Positions 1-9,452 of a stretch of DNA of 64,000 bases are shown piece after piece (the first letter of the stretch is position 1; the number at the start of each line of letters is the position of its first letter). This DNA comes from Candidatus Multivorans sp. (GTDB taxonomy: Bacteria; Acidobacteriota; Thermoanaerobaculia; Multivoradales; Multivoraceae). Below the pieces are notes generated by a model. That model saw nothing but the letters and a program-made list of their open reading frames with translations. It had not been told where the DNA came from and searched no databases. Position numbers and translations under genes: made by a program. The stretch covers positions 1,984,001 to 2,048,000 of the forward strand of contig OZ251997.1 of assembly GCA_965247095.1 (NCBI GenBank). The letters run 5' to 3'.

Positions 1-839
1 CGCCCCAGCAGGACCTCCATCTGGCGGCGCAGCCCGTCGAGCGCCTGCCTCTGCGCCGCCAGCGAGGCCTCGACCGTCGCAATCTGGGCGCGCGCCTGCC
101 GCACCTCGAGCGCGGTCGCCACACCCCGCCGGTAGCGGGCCCCGATCCGGTCGCGTGTCCGCTCGCGGCTCGCCAGAGTGCGTCGGAGGAGTTCCTCCTG
201 CTGCACCGCCTCGACGACCCCGAAGTACACCTTCGCGAGCTGGCCGGCGATCGAGAGGCGCGCCCCGTCGAAGTCGGCCTCGCCCGCCGCCGCCTCGGTC
301 AGGGAGGCCGCCGTCACGGCGCGGAGCCGGCCCCACAGGTCGACCTCCCAGCGGACGTTCAGCGCCAGACCGTAGCTGGTGAAGGCGAAGCTGCGCACGC
401 CACCCGGCTCGAAGCCCGGAATCGGGATCGGAATCGCCTTGGTCAGGCCGCTCTGGGCGGTGTTCTGCTTGCGCCGGCCGGGGTCGAGCGCCGCCTCCAA
501 CTCCGGATTCCCCGCCGCCCCGTCGATCCGGGCCTGGGCAAAGGCCGTCTCGACATTCGCGGCCGCGGCGCGCAGGCTCGCGTTGTGCTCCAAACCCTCG
601 ACGATCAACTGCGACAGCAGCGGATCGCCGAAATCGCTCCACCAGTCCGACGCGACCTGCGAGGAGCCGGCCGACGCCTCCGCCGAGGCCGCCGCATCGC
701 CGAACTCGGCCGCCACAGGCGCTTCCAGAGCCGGCGGACCAGGGCCCACAGCACTGCAACCGAGCCAGAGGATCGGAGCGGCGACTAGCGACCAGCGCAG
801 CCGGCCCAGGACGCCACCATGAAGGTGAACCATCATCAT
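1..839 (-). CDS. RND efflux outer-membrane lipoprotein, NodT/TolC/OprM family (3' end runs off the window start)
   Basis: Manual translation from ATG 839: signal peptide with lipobox-like WLGC, then 'DWWSDFGDPLLSQLIVEGLEHNASLRAAAANV' and 'WEVDLWGRLR', both typical NodT motifs. Absent from the ORF track because there is no stop in the window. Confidence 0.9.
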   Translation of the reverse strand, partial: MMMVHLHGGVLGRLRWSLVAAPILWLGCSAVGPGPPALEAPVAAEFGDAAASAEASAGSSQVASDWWSDFGDPLLSQLIVEGLEHNASLRAAAANVETAFAQARIDGAAGNPELEAALDPGRRKQNTAQSGLTKAIPIPIPGFEPGGVRSFAFTSYGLALNVRWEVDLWGRLRAVTAASLTEAAAGEADFDGARLSIAGQLAKVYFGVVEAVQQEELLRRTLASRERTRDRIGARYRRGVATALEVRQARAQIATVEASLAAQRQALDGLRRQMEVLLG

Positions 840-977
840 GAAGGGGAACCAACGTAGGTTGGTTGTCGGGTACGGACGATCGACTCGAGAGTTCGACGCC
901 GAGCCGAGACTACTAGCCGCCGAGGGCCGGGAATCAGTTAGCGTCATCCCGATGGCACCCGACCCGGAGCAGGTTCC

Positions 978-2066
978 GTGACCCCGGAGGATCGCGGCGC
1001 CAACCCGCCTTCCGGACACCGCCGCGTCGACCGGCAGCTCAAGCTCGACCTGATCGAGGCCGCCGTGCGCGAGAACGAGGCCGAGCTTGGCCGGCAAGGT
1101 TCCGACCCCGCCGGGAGCGACGGTCCGAAACGCCGACGGCGACGCCGTTTCTCACCCTGGAGCCTGCTCCTGCTGGCGCCGATCGCCGCCGCCGCCGGAC
1201 TCGGCTACCTGGAGCTGAAGCGCCCGGGAGCGGAGATCCAACCCGACCCGCCCGTCGAGGCGGCGCCGCCGGCGCCCGAAGTCCGTTTCACCGAGCCGCC
1301 GGAATCCCTCAACCTCAGCGTCTTCCCGCTGCCCATCAAGAGAATCGTGCTCGATCCGGGTCACGGTGGCGCCGCCTCCGGTACGGTGGCCGGAGGACTG
1401 GCCGAAAAGGACCTCGCGCTCGACATCGCCCGTCGGGTACGCGAGTTGCTGTCCGACCGGTACCGGGTCGCAATGACCCGCGAGGCGGACTTCGAAGTCG
1501 AACTCGATCGTCGTTCCGGCATCGCCAACCGGGCCGGGGCCGATCTGTTCGTCTCGATTCACGTGAACTGGTTGACGCGGAACCAGGCCTGCGGCGTCGA
1601 GACCTACTACCTCGGCCCCACCGACGACCCCGAGCTGACCGCACTCGCCGAACGGGAGAATGCCGAGGCGCACAGCTACTCCCTGGCCGATCTGCGCCGC
1701 CTCCTCGACGGCGTCTACGCACAGGCCATGCAGGACGAAAGCCGCACTCTCGCCAACGCGGTTCAGGACGCCCTGTTCGCACAACTGCAGACATCGAATC
1801 CGGAGCTACGGAATCGCGGCGTGAAGACGGCGCCCTTCGTGGTCCTGATCGACGCCGAGATGCCGGCCATCCTGGCCGAGGTGTCCTGCCTTTCGGACGC
1901 CGAGGAGATCGACCGGCTGCGCGAGGCCGACTACCTCCAGTCGATTGCCGAAGCCCTCGATGCGGGCATCCGGAGCTACGCCGACTCGCTTCTCTTGTCG
2001 GCCGAGCCGCCGGCAGCAGATCCGGCGCTAAGCTCCGCGACTTTGGAGATCAAGGAAGAGCAGTGA
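978..2066 (+). CDS. N-acetylmuramoyl-L-alanine amidase (Amidase_3), N-terminally membrane anchored
   Basis: Zn-amidase motifs IVLDPGHGG, EK, ADLFVSIHVN, GVETYYL and FVVLIDAEMPAILAEV. Arg-rich stretch followed by TM helix WSLLLLAPIAAAAGLGYL. No AMIN/LysM domain evident. Confidence 0.93.
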   Translation: MTPEDRGANPPSGHRRVDRQLKLDLIEAAVRENEAELGRQGSDPAGSDGPKRRRRRRFSPWSLLLLAPIAAAAGLGYLELKRPGAEIQPDPPVEAAPPAPEVRFTEPPESLNLSVFPLPIKRIVLDPGHGGAASGTVAGGLAEKDLALDIARRVRELLSDRYRVAMTREADFEVELDRRSGIANRAGADLFVSIHVNWLTRNQACGVETYYLGPTDDPELTALAERENAEAHSYSLADLRRLLDGVYAQAMQDESRTLANAVQDALFAQLQTSNPELRNRGVKTAPFVVLIDAEMPAILAEVSCLSDAEEIDRLREADYLQSIAEALDAGIRSYADSLLLSAEPPAADPALSSATLEIKEEQ

Positions 2067-3097
2067 GCAACACCACATCCAACGGGGAAGTCCTCAAGGT
2101 CGGCATCGACCTGGGGACCTCGCGGAGTTCGATCTCGGCCGCGAACGGCCAGCGCCACATGGTGCAGAGCTACGTCGGCTGGCCCCGGGACATGGTGGCG
2201 AGGAAGGTGCTCGGGCGCGACGTGCTGATCGGCGCCGAAGCACTGGAGCACCGCCCCATGCTCAACCTGCGCCGGCCGCTGGAGCGGGGTCTGATCAAGG
2301 AGGGATCGGTCCAGGACGAGAAGGCCGTCCGCGAACTGGTTCGCCGGCTGCTGGAACTGGCGGCGCCGCCAGGACCCGGGCCGGCGCCCGCGATCCACGC
2401 CGTCGTCGGCGTTCCCGCCGAAACGCTCAGGGTCAACCGCCAGAACCTGCGGCGCATCCTGACCGGCCTGGTCGCGAACACGATCATCGTCTCCGAACCG
2501 TTCGCCGTTGCCTACGGACTGGATGCCCTGCTTCACACGATGGTCATCGACGTCGGCGCCGGCACGACCGACTTCTGCGTCCTGATGGGCCGCTTCCCGA
2601 CAGAGGACGATCAGCGCACCCTGAGCGCCGCCGGCGACGCCGTGGACCGTCACCTGTACGGCCTGATCGAAGAGCGCTACCCCGACGCCTCGGTGTCCAT
2701 CCACATGGTGCGGGCCTGGAAGGAACGTCACTCCTTCGTCGGCGAGAGCGACCCGGTCGTGGTCGACGTGCCGGTGCGCGGCAAGCCGACCCGGATCGAC
2801 ATCACCGAGCCCATGCGGCGCGCCTGCGAGAGCCTGCTGGAGCCCCTGCGCGAGACGATGCTGGACCTGATCGCGAAGGTCGAACCCGAGTACCAGAGCC
2901 GGATCCGCAGCAACCTGATCCTCACGGGCGGCTCCGGCCTGATCCGGGGCCTCGGCGCCGAGCTGCAGCAGGCCCTCGGCGAACTCGGCGGCGGCCACGT
3001 GCGCGTGGTCAAGGACCCTGTCTTCGTCGGCTCCGACGGCGGCCTGAGCCTGGCCAGGGACGCCAACGACGAGTACTGGAAGCGCCTCGCCGGCTAG
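2063..3097 (+). CDS. mamK: MamK-like actin-family ATPase (MreB/MamK superfamily)
   Basis: Actin motifs GIDLGTS, VSEPFAVAYG, IDVGAGTTD and LTGGSG. MamK-like segments SYVGWPRD, PTEDDQRTL, PEYQ, VKDPVF and C-terminal YW. GTGA overlap with the amidase stop. Confidence 0.8.
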   Translation: MSNTTSNGEVLKVGIDLGTSRSSISAANGQRHMVQSYVGWPRDMVARKVLGRDVLIGAEALEHRPMLNLRRPLERGLIKEGSVQDEKAVRELVRRLLELAAPPGPGPAPAIHAVVGVPAETLRVNRQNLRRILTGLVANTIIVSEPFAVAYGLDALLHTMVIDVGAGTTDFCVLMGRFPTEDDQRTLSAAGDAVDRHLYGLIEERYPDASVSIHMVRAWKERHSFVGESDPVVVDVPVRGKPTRIDITEPMRRACESLLEPLRETMLDLIAKVEPEYQSRIRSNLILTGGSGLIRGLGAELQQALGELGGGHVRVVKDPVFVGSDGGLSLARDANDEYWKRLAG

Positions 3098-3119
3098 CAG
3101 CGCAGGTGGGTTGATGCTC

Positions 3120-3944
3120 CTACCGCCGGGCAACCAGATAGACGACCCAACTGCCGTCGTTGGCGAGCCTGGTGCGGTGCCGGAAGACGCCGTTGGGCTC
3201 GTCGGTGTCGGTGTCCCATCCCTCGCCGTAGACCTCGACTTTGCCGAAGCCGGCCTCGGCCAGGAGTTCGCGGATCTCGGGCAGGGTCCACATCCGCCAC
3301 GCGTAGCGGAACAGGTTGCGGACACGCTCGCTGCCCTCCGGCGTGAAGTGCATCGCGCACTTCATCCAGTGATCGACAGCGTTGAAGGACGCCTGGTCCC
3401 AGGTGTAGGTGAACGCCGGCAACGCCACGCCGTCGACGCCGACGGAGGCCTCGACCGCGGTGTCCTCCGTCGCGGTCTGGAACGAGTCCGTGCCGCCGAA
3501 GGCATCGAGTACGAACAGGCCGTCGACCGCGAGGGAGCTTCGGGCGGCGCCGAAGTACTCCAGCATGTCGGCCCGCTTCGGGAACAGGAAGTACGAGAAG
3601 TTGAACGCGACCTGCAGATCGACCGGCGGGCCGCCAACCGACCGCACGTCTCTGCATTCGAGTTCGACCCGGTCTTCGACGAAGTTCGCCTCCACCCTGT
3701 TGCGCCAACCCCAGTCCAGGGTCGGCCGGTCGAGATCGACGCCCCACGCGCGGTTCACGGACCGTCGCGATGCGAACGCGCTCGCGAGCGAGGCCGTGCC
3801 GCAGAAGTCCTCCCGCAGGGTCACCGGTCGCCGGCCGTTCAGCCGGCGGTAGACCCGGTCGAGGAAGTCGAGGTCCACCTCCACGTTCTGGACCGCCGCC
3901 TCGTAGAACCGATGGCGGTGGCGGCGAACTTCGGACGGCTTCAC
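3120..3944 (-). CDS. class I SAM-dependent methyltransferase
   Basis: LREDFCGTA motif I, GVDLD and AFNFSYF. GTG start overlaps the HAD gene stop (GTGA). Confidence 0.85.
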   Translation of the reverse strand: MKPSEVRRHRHRFYEAAVQNVEVDLDFLDRVYRRLNGRRPVTLREDFCGTASLASAFASRRSVNRAWGVDLDRPTLDWGWRNRVEANFVEDRVELECRDVRSVGGPPVDLQVAFNFSYFLFPKRADMLEYFGAARSSLAVDGLFVLDAFGGTDSFQTATEDTAVEASVGVDGVALPAFTYTWDQASFNAVDHWMKCAMHFTPEGSERVRNLFRYAWRMWTLPEIRELLAEAGFGKVEVYGEGWDTDTDEPNGVFRHRTRLANDGSWVVYLVARR

Positions 3945-4735
3945 GCGGCCGCGCCGTTCGCCCCGTGGCCCGGGGGCCCCGGCAGCAGAGCCGCCAGCTC
4001 GGCCAGGTCGGCGACCTTCGGGCAGTCGACCTCCGGCCAGTCGTCCCACGGGTCGAGCAGGACGGCGTGAACGCCAGCGGCCCGAGCGCCGGCTACGTCG
4101 GCCGCATAGAGGTCGCCGACGTGAACGGTGCGCTCCGGCCGGGCGCCGATCGTCTTGAGAGCGGCCTCGAAGATTCGCGGATCGGGCTTCTCGAAACCGA
4201 CCGTCTCCGAGTCGATCAGGGCGTCGAAGAGCTGGCCGAGCCCGATCGACTCCACGTTCCGCTTCATGCTGCCGTCGGAGTTGCTGACCACGACCATGCG
4301 ATAGCCGAGCGAGCGGATCCGTTCCAGCGCCTCCTTCCTGCCGGGCAGGCGCCGGTTCCAGAGCAGATCGTTCCGGCCGGGCACGTAGAGGCGCTCCGCA
4401 AGCCCGGAGGCCATGCCGGCAAGCTCGACGCCATTCAAGCAGGCAGCAGGCAGCCGGGCGAGAATCGCCTCTACGTAGAAGCGGAACGTGGACCCGCCCT
4501 CGGTCGACTGCAACTCCGCCGACAGGGCCGCCGAGAGATCGGGCCGGGCCGCCGCCTCCGCGCGCTCCAACTGGCGCCCGGAGCAATCGAGGCCCAGGTC
4601 CGACGCGACCTCGGCGACGCGCTCGAAGTTCATCGACAGGAAGGTGTTTCCCGCGTCGAAGAAGATCGTGTCCAGTTCTCCCCAGGGCACGTCGCGCGGC
4701 GGCGTCATGGTCGTCACGGCGTCGTAGTCTGCCAT
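3941..4735 (-). CDS. HAD-superfamily hydrolase (subfamily IA)
   Basis: Motifs FFDAGNT, VVSNSDG, KPDPRIF and HVGDLYAADVAGA. Confidence 0.9.
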   Translation of the reverse strand: MADYDAVTTMTPPRDVPWGELDTIFFDAGNTFLSMNFERVAEVASDLGLDCSGRQLERAEAAARPDLSAALSAELQSTEGGSTFRFYVEAILARLPAACLNGVELAGMASGLAERLYVPGRNDLLWNRRLPGRKEALERIRSLGYRMVVVSNSDGSMKRNVESIGLGQLFDALIDSETVGFEKPDPRIFEAALKTIGARPERTVHVGDLYAADVAGARAAGVHAVLLDPWDDWPEVDCPKVADLAELAALLPGPPGHGANGAAA

Positions 4736-4812
4736 CAGGCGCGATCGTCTATTCTCAGCACCCACATGGGCGGGACGCGCGTGCCGCCGGACCGGCACAT
4801 CGGAGGACGATC

Positions 4813-5949
4813 ATGAAGGAAAGAAGGGTCACGCGAAGGACGGCGTTGGCTGCCGCCGGGGCACTCCTTTTCGGGACGGCAGCAGCCGCGCAGGACCAAC
4901 CGGAAGCGCTGGAGCGGCTCGGCGCCGACCTGTTCGCCGAACTCCTGTTCAACAACCAGGGCACCGACTACGCGATCGCGTGCTCGGTATGCCACGCCCT
5001 CGGCGAGTCGGTGGCCGGCAAGGCGGAGCGCTTCTACGCCGACTACACGCCGACCAGCCTGACCGCCGGCCGTGAGACCACCGCCCGCAACGCCCAGACC
5101 TTGGCCGGCGTCCACCGGGCCGATGTGTTCGGCTGGGACGGCGCCTACGACTCGATGGAGGACATGATCCTCGAGAAGCTGATCGGCAAGCAGTACGGCT
5201 GGAACCCCGAGGCCCGCGACGAGGCGATCGACAACGCGGCCTACGTGCTGCTGGACGAAGGCCACAATGCGATCTCGGGCGTGCCCTACGTCGAACAGTT
5301 CCAGGAGGTCTACGGCCTCGACCTGGAGTCGCTGGAACGGCCGGAAGTAGCGACCGCGGCCGCACGCGCCCTGGCCGACTACACGCGCACTTTCGATTTC
5401 TCGATGACCTCGCGCTGGGACGCGTTCACCGAACAGAACCGCTTTCGCACGGCGCCGAACGCGGACGAAGACATCATGAACTACGCCGCAAGCATCGAGA
5501 GTCGGATCTACAACCAGGAAGGCCGCGGCCTGATCCGGCGGCCGGAAGGGTTCACCGAAACCGCGTACGAAGGCTTCAAGACCTTCTTCCGGGTGTTCGA
5601 CGTGGAGTCGGTGGGAAACTGCGTCCGCTGCCATGTACCGCCGACCTTCACCGACTACGCCCTCCACGGCACCGGCAGCGGCCGCGGCCGCTTCAAGACG
5701 CCGCCGCTGCGGAACCTGCCGCGCACCGACCCGTACCTCCACGACGGCAGCGCCGCCACGCTGGAGGAGGTACTCCAGGGCCACATGGCACTGGCCGAGG
5801 CGGCCCGTGGCGAAGAGGAAGGCGTCGACCCGTTGTTCGGCGAAATCCGGATCTCGGAGGCCGACATTGAAGCCCTGGTCCAGTACCTGCTGGTGCTGGA
5901 CGAGGTGGATCCCGCGAACTTCCGCTACTACCTGATCAACTTCGAGTGA
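4813..5949 (+). CDS. di-heme cytochrome c peroxidase / MauG-family protein
   Basis: Two CxxCH motifs (CSVCH, CVRCH), RNAQTL, FGWDG, FKTPPLRN and PYLHDGS. N-terminal signal peptide containing RR. Confidence 0.8.
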   Translation: MKERRVTRRTALAAAGALLFGTAAAAQDQPEALERLGADLFAELLFNNQGTDYAIACSVCHALGESVAGKAERFYADYTPTSLTAGRETTARNAQTLAGVHRADVFGWDGAYDSMEDMILEKLIGKQYGWNPEARDEAIDNAAYVLLDEGHNAISGVPYVEQFQEVYGLDLESLERPEVATAAARALADYTRTFDFSMTSRWDAFTEQNRFRTAPNADEDIMNYAASIESRIYNQEGRGLIRRPEGFTETAYEGFKTFFRVFDVESVGNCVRCHVPPTFTDYALHGTGSGRGRFKTPPLRNLPRTDPYLHDGSAATLEEVLQGHMALAEAARGEEEGVDPLFGEIRISEADIEALVQYLLVLDEVDPANFRYYLINFE

Positions 5950-6629
5950 GCACGCCGGAATCTCGCCCGCATCCGGTTGGCCTGCTCCTCGCCGCGCTGG
6001 TTCTCGCCGCGCCGCTCCTCGCCGCGCCGCTAGCCGCCGACCCGACGCTGGAACGCACGGACGGCCTGCCGCCCGGCCTGCCGGAGTGGCTGTCGCCGTT
6101 GCTCGATCCGTCCGGCTACCGGGTGGTCCGGGATGAAGGCGAGCCGATCGAGTTCTGGTTCCCGCCCGCGCTGCCGATGCAGGACCCCTCCGCCGAACTC
6201 GGCGTCGAGTACCCCACCCTGCCGCCCGGCGGTCTGATCGGGATCATCCGCACGACCGGGGGGTGGAGCACCTACAAGGCGCAGGTCGTGCCGCCGGGCA
6301 CCTACACGCTCCGCTACGCGGTGCAGCCCGCCGACGGCGATCACACCGGGCAGACCTGGTTCCGCGACTTCCTGCTGCTCATTCCGCTCGCGCTCGACAG
6401 TTTCGATCCCTATGGCGTTCCCGAGCAGGAACCCCTGGTCGAAACCAGCAACACGATCATCGAGGGCGGCACCCATCCGATGACCATGGCGCTGTTCCAG
6501 AACTACGACGGCATCGACGCCGCGGCGATGTTCTGGAACGACCTCGACCAGCCCACCCTGGCCGTGCCCCTGGGCGATGTCACCCTGGGCCTGGTCATCG
6601 AGGGCCAGGGCGAAGAAGTGCCCATGTAG
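5946..6629 (+). CDS. exported hypothetical protein coupled to the di-heme protein
   Basis: GTGA overlap. Signal peptide (LLLAALVLAAPLLAAPLAA) and motif PPGTYTLRYAVQPADGDHTG...RDFLLL...GTHP. Confidence 0.75.
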   Translation: MSTPESRPHPVGLLLAALVLAAPLLAAPLAADPTLERTDGLPPGLPEWLSPLLDPSGYRVVRDEGEPIEFWFPPALPMQDPSAELGVEYPTLPPGGLIGIIRTTGGWSTYKAQVVPPGTYTLRYAVQPADGDHTGQTWFRDFLLLIPLALDSFDPYGVPEQEPLVETSNTIIEGGTHPMTMALFQNYDGIDAAAMFWNDLDQPTLAVPLGDVTLGLVIEGQGEEVPM

Positions 6630-8020
6630 CGGATTTCGGACAGCCGGCGCTCGGCGCCGGATGCGGCGCGTTACGTTTGTCGCTGCACGCGCCGCCGGCG
6701 GCGCGCCAACCATCAGCCCTCGTCCGCGGGGCGACGGTGGATGAGCTGTCCCCTGCGCTGGTCCACGCTTCTCCTCGTGGCGTAGAAGGTCCAGGCTACC
6801 GGCCCAGTTCGGGCGCGCTTCGACGACAACGAGGCTGTTCCTCTCGTCGGCGAAGGAACCTGGCTTCACGCAAGCGGCGCTTCCCACTATCGCCTAAGCT
6901 CACCGCTGCAGAGGACCCACGACCGCCGATGACAACGACGACCGCGAAACTGGCCACAGCGGCGGAGGCCTTTGCCTGAGCGAGCTTGCCGATCAGGGCG
7001 CGGGCCACCCCGACACCATGAAGCTATCCCGGCTCTCTGCACACCATTACAGGAGTGTGAGAGAGGACACGATCGACCTGGGCCCCTGAATCTCCTCATC
7101 GGCGCCAACGCCGCAGGAAAGAGCACCGTGCTTGATGCGCTGCGCTTTCTTCACGAAGGAGCTGTGGCCCGCGATTTCCGCACCCCTGTGTTCACCAGGG
7201 GCGGAATCATCCATCTGGCCTGGAAGGGTGACGAAGCAAAGCGCGCCGAGTTGACCGCCAGCGTTGTCGACGGTGACACGACCTACGAGTGGTTTGTCGG
7301 GCTGGTCCGGGACGGATACGACTTCCGTGTCGAAGAGCACGTCGACATGGTGCGCTCCCAGGCTCCGCCAACCAGAGTCCTTGAAGCCAGCGCCGGCAGC
7401 GGCTGGTGGTGGTCGGGCGACGAGCGCAAGAAGGTGCCGCTCCGCCAGGAACCTACCGCATGTGCGCTGGCCTTGGCTGCGGCTGATGCCTCATTTCCAG
7501 CTCGGGCTGTCGCCGAGTTTGTCCGGCTTGGGGTTTCTTCGACCCGCACCCCTTTCTTCTCCGCCGAGACTGGTCCGGGCTTGACGCCGGCAGGTTCGAC
7601 CCCTACGGCAGGAATTTGGCCGAGACGCTCTATACCCTCCACCGCTCCTCGCCCGACATCTTCGACGCCGTCGTGGAAGCGACACAGTCCGTTCTCGGCC
7701 TCCCTTCCAGCATTCAACCACGGGAGTCAGACGACCGGTTTTACTTCGTCCAGAACGAGCCGGGGCTGAGGTTCCCCGTGCATCAGATGGGCGTCTCCAG
7801 CGGCACGTTGCGCATGCTCGCCCTCATGACCGCGCTCCTGGCGGAGCCGGAAACCAACCTCGTCGGGACCGAAGAACCGGAGAACTACCTCGGGCGGTCT
7901 CCAGGCAACGTGGATACGTCCAAGCCCGACGCGATACACAATCCGAAGTTGCACCTGAAACACCTACTCGGAAAGCGGGTCTACACCGCGCGGCTTTCGG
8001 AGGAGATCGCGCAGAGGCTA

Positions 8021-9239
8021 GTGCCGTGTCACTCGTCAAAAGTCGGATAGAGGCGCTTGAGTTTGACGCGAGCGTCGTCGGTGGTGAAGTGCCAGTTGAC
8101 CTTGGCTTGGATCCGGTCTCTGGCGGCCTGCCAGGCGCCGACTTCGGCGCGTAGGGTGTCGATGGAGTCGATGCGGCGGTTGAGGCACTGGCGGATCATC
8201 ACGCTGAGTTCGACCTCGGCGACGTTCAGCCAACTGCCGTGCTTGGGGGTATAGACGAACTCGAAGCGGTCCCACAGCGCCTTGGCCCGGGCCGGGTCGA
8301 AGGTCTCGTAAAGCGCGCCGGGGCGGTGCGTGTTGAGGTTGTCCATCACCAGCGTGATTCGGGTGGCGTCGGGATACTGCCCGGCGATGTCTTCCAGGAA
8401 ACGCGCCCAGTCGGTCTTGGTCCTGCGCTCGGTGACCTTGGTCAGACGCCGCCCGGCCAGCGGTTCGGTCGCCATGAACACGTTGCAGGCGCCGCAGCGT
8501 CGGTACTCGTAGTCTTCGCGGACCTCCCGTCCAGGGGCCGGCGGGATGGGCGCCCGTGTCTCGGCGATCAACTGCCGCGGCGTCTCGTCCATGCACACCA
8601 CCGGGAAGCTCGCGTCGTGCGGACGCCGATAGACGTCGAGCACCCGCTCCATGTTCGCCGCGAAGTCGGCGTTGCATTGCGGCGGAATCACCCAGCCGAC
8701 GCGGCGCCACGGTTTGAGAGCGTTTTTTTTAGCACCCGCCGCACCGTCTCGTGCGAGACGCTGTCGATATAGCCGAGCTCCACCGCACGGTCCGCCAACA
8801 GACGCAGAGACCACTGCGAATGCCCTTCGGGCGGCTCTCCGCAACTGAGCGCGATCAGCCGCGCCTCGAACTCGCCATCCGCCTTGCGCAGGTACTTGGG
8901 ACGACGCCCCTGCCGACTCCCGAGCGCCGCCTCCAGACCGTCCTCCACAAACCGCCTCTTCACACGATCCACCTTGCGCGCACTGATCCGCAAGACCCCG
9001 GCGATCGTCTCGCCGGTCGTCCGACGCCCGTTGAACTCGCCCTCGTCGCAGTTGAGCAGAATCAAGGCGTTGATCACCTTCTGCGACCGATGCGAACCCT
9101 TGCGCGTAGTCGTCGCCAACGCCTCGCGCTCCTGCTCCTCCAACTCCACCACATACCGCTTCATGCCAGACTCCTTGCCGTCGTCGAACGGCAAGGAACC
9201 TACTACGATTCATGCGACATAGGACGTGTGACATGACAC
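8021..9239 (-). mobile_element. IS630-family insertion sequence
   Basis: Duplicated TA at 8019-8020 and 9240-9241 (target CTAG). Terminal IRs GTGCCGTGTCAC / GTGACATGACAC match 10 of 12. HTH ORF plus DDE ORF. Confidence 0.93.
8029..9164 (-). CDS. IS630 transposase, two ORFs joined by a probable programmed -1 frameshift
   Basis: ORF A (HTH, WSLRLLAD) ends 8688. ORF B has VCMDETP, LVMDNLNTH and YTPKHGSWLNVAE. A8 slippery run at 8723-8730 in the overlap. Confidence 0.9.
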
Positions 9240-9452
9240 TAGACCCGCAGAGCATCGAGCAGACGAGCCCGAGCTTCAGGGGCTTTGTCGACGCGGTCAG
9301 GAACGGCGCTTCGCGTCCAGCATAGTCCGGTCGTCAGCTTCACTATCCGCCGTTGCCAGCCGCGCGCCCGACACTGCCGGCTTGCTACTCGCAGCGTCGA
9401 GTACCAACGCTAGAACAGACCGCGATGGCGATCATCGCGTTCGTCGCGCCCC

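Larger units (their letters stand above)
7018..9325 (+). pseudogene. decayed AAA_21-type ATPase fused by deletion to the C-terminus of a DUF4276-like gene, interrupted by IS630
   Basis: ATG 7018 MKLSRLSAHHYRSV. Frameshift near 7085 before Walker A GANAAGKS, second frameshift near 7530, then SSGTLR and EEPENYL. Abrupt switch to KPDAIHNPK...EEIAQRL, which continues in frame after the IS as DPQSIEQTSPSFRGFV (stop 9325). Confidence 0.75.

Noticed and set aside
2063-3097. Magnetosome island, or canonical mreB
   Set aside because: No other mam/mms genes and no mreCD in the window, so only a MamK-like call is supported.
5961-5976. TCTCGCCCGCATCCGG half-REP inside the 5' end of a CDS
   Set aside because: Only a 16-bp half hairpin in GC-rich DNA; cannot be separated from chance.
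6630-7017. Possible ncRNA or gene remnant in the intergenic region
   Set aside because: Short GC hairpins only; no recognisable RNA family or protein motif.
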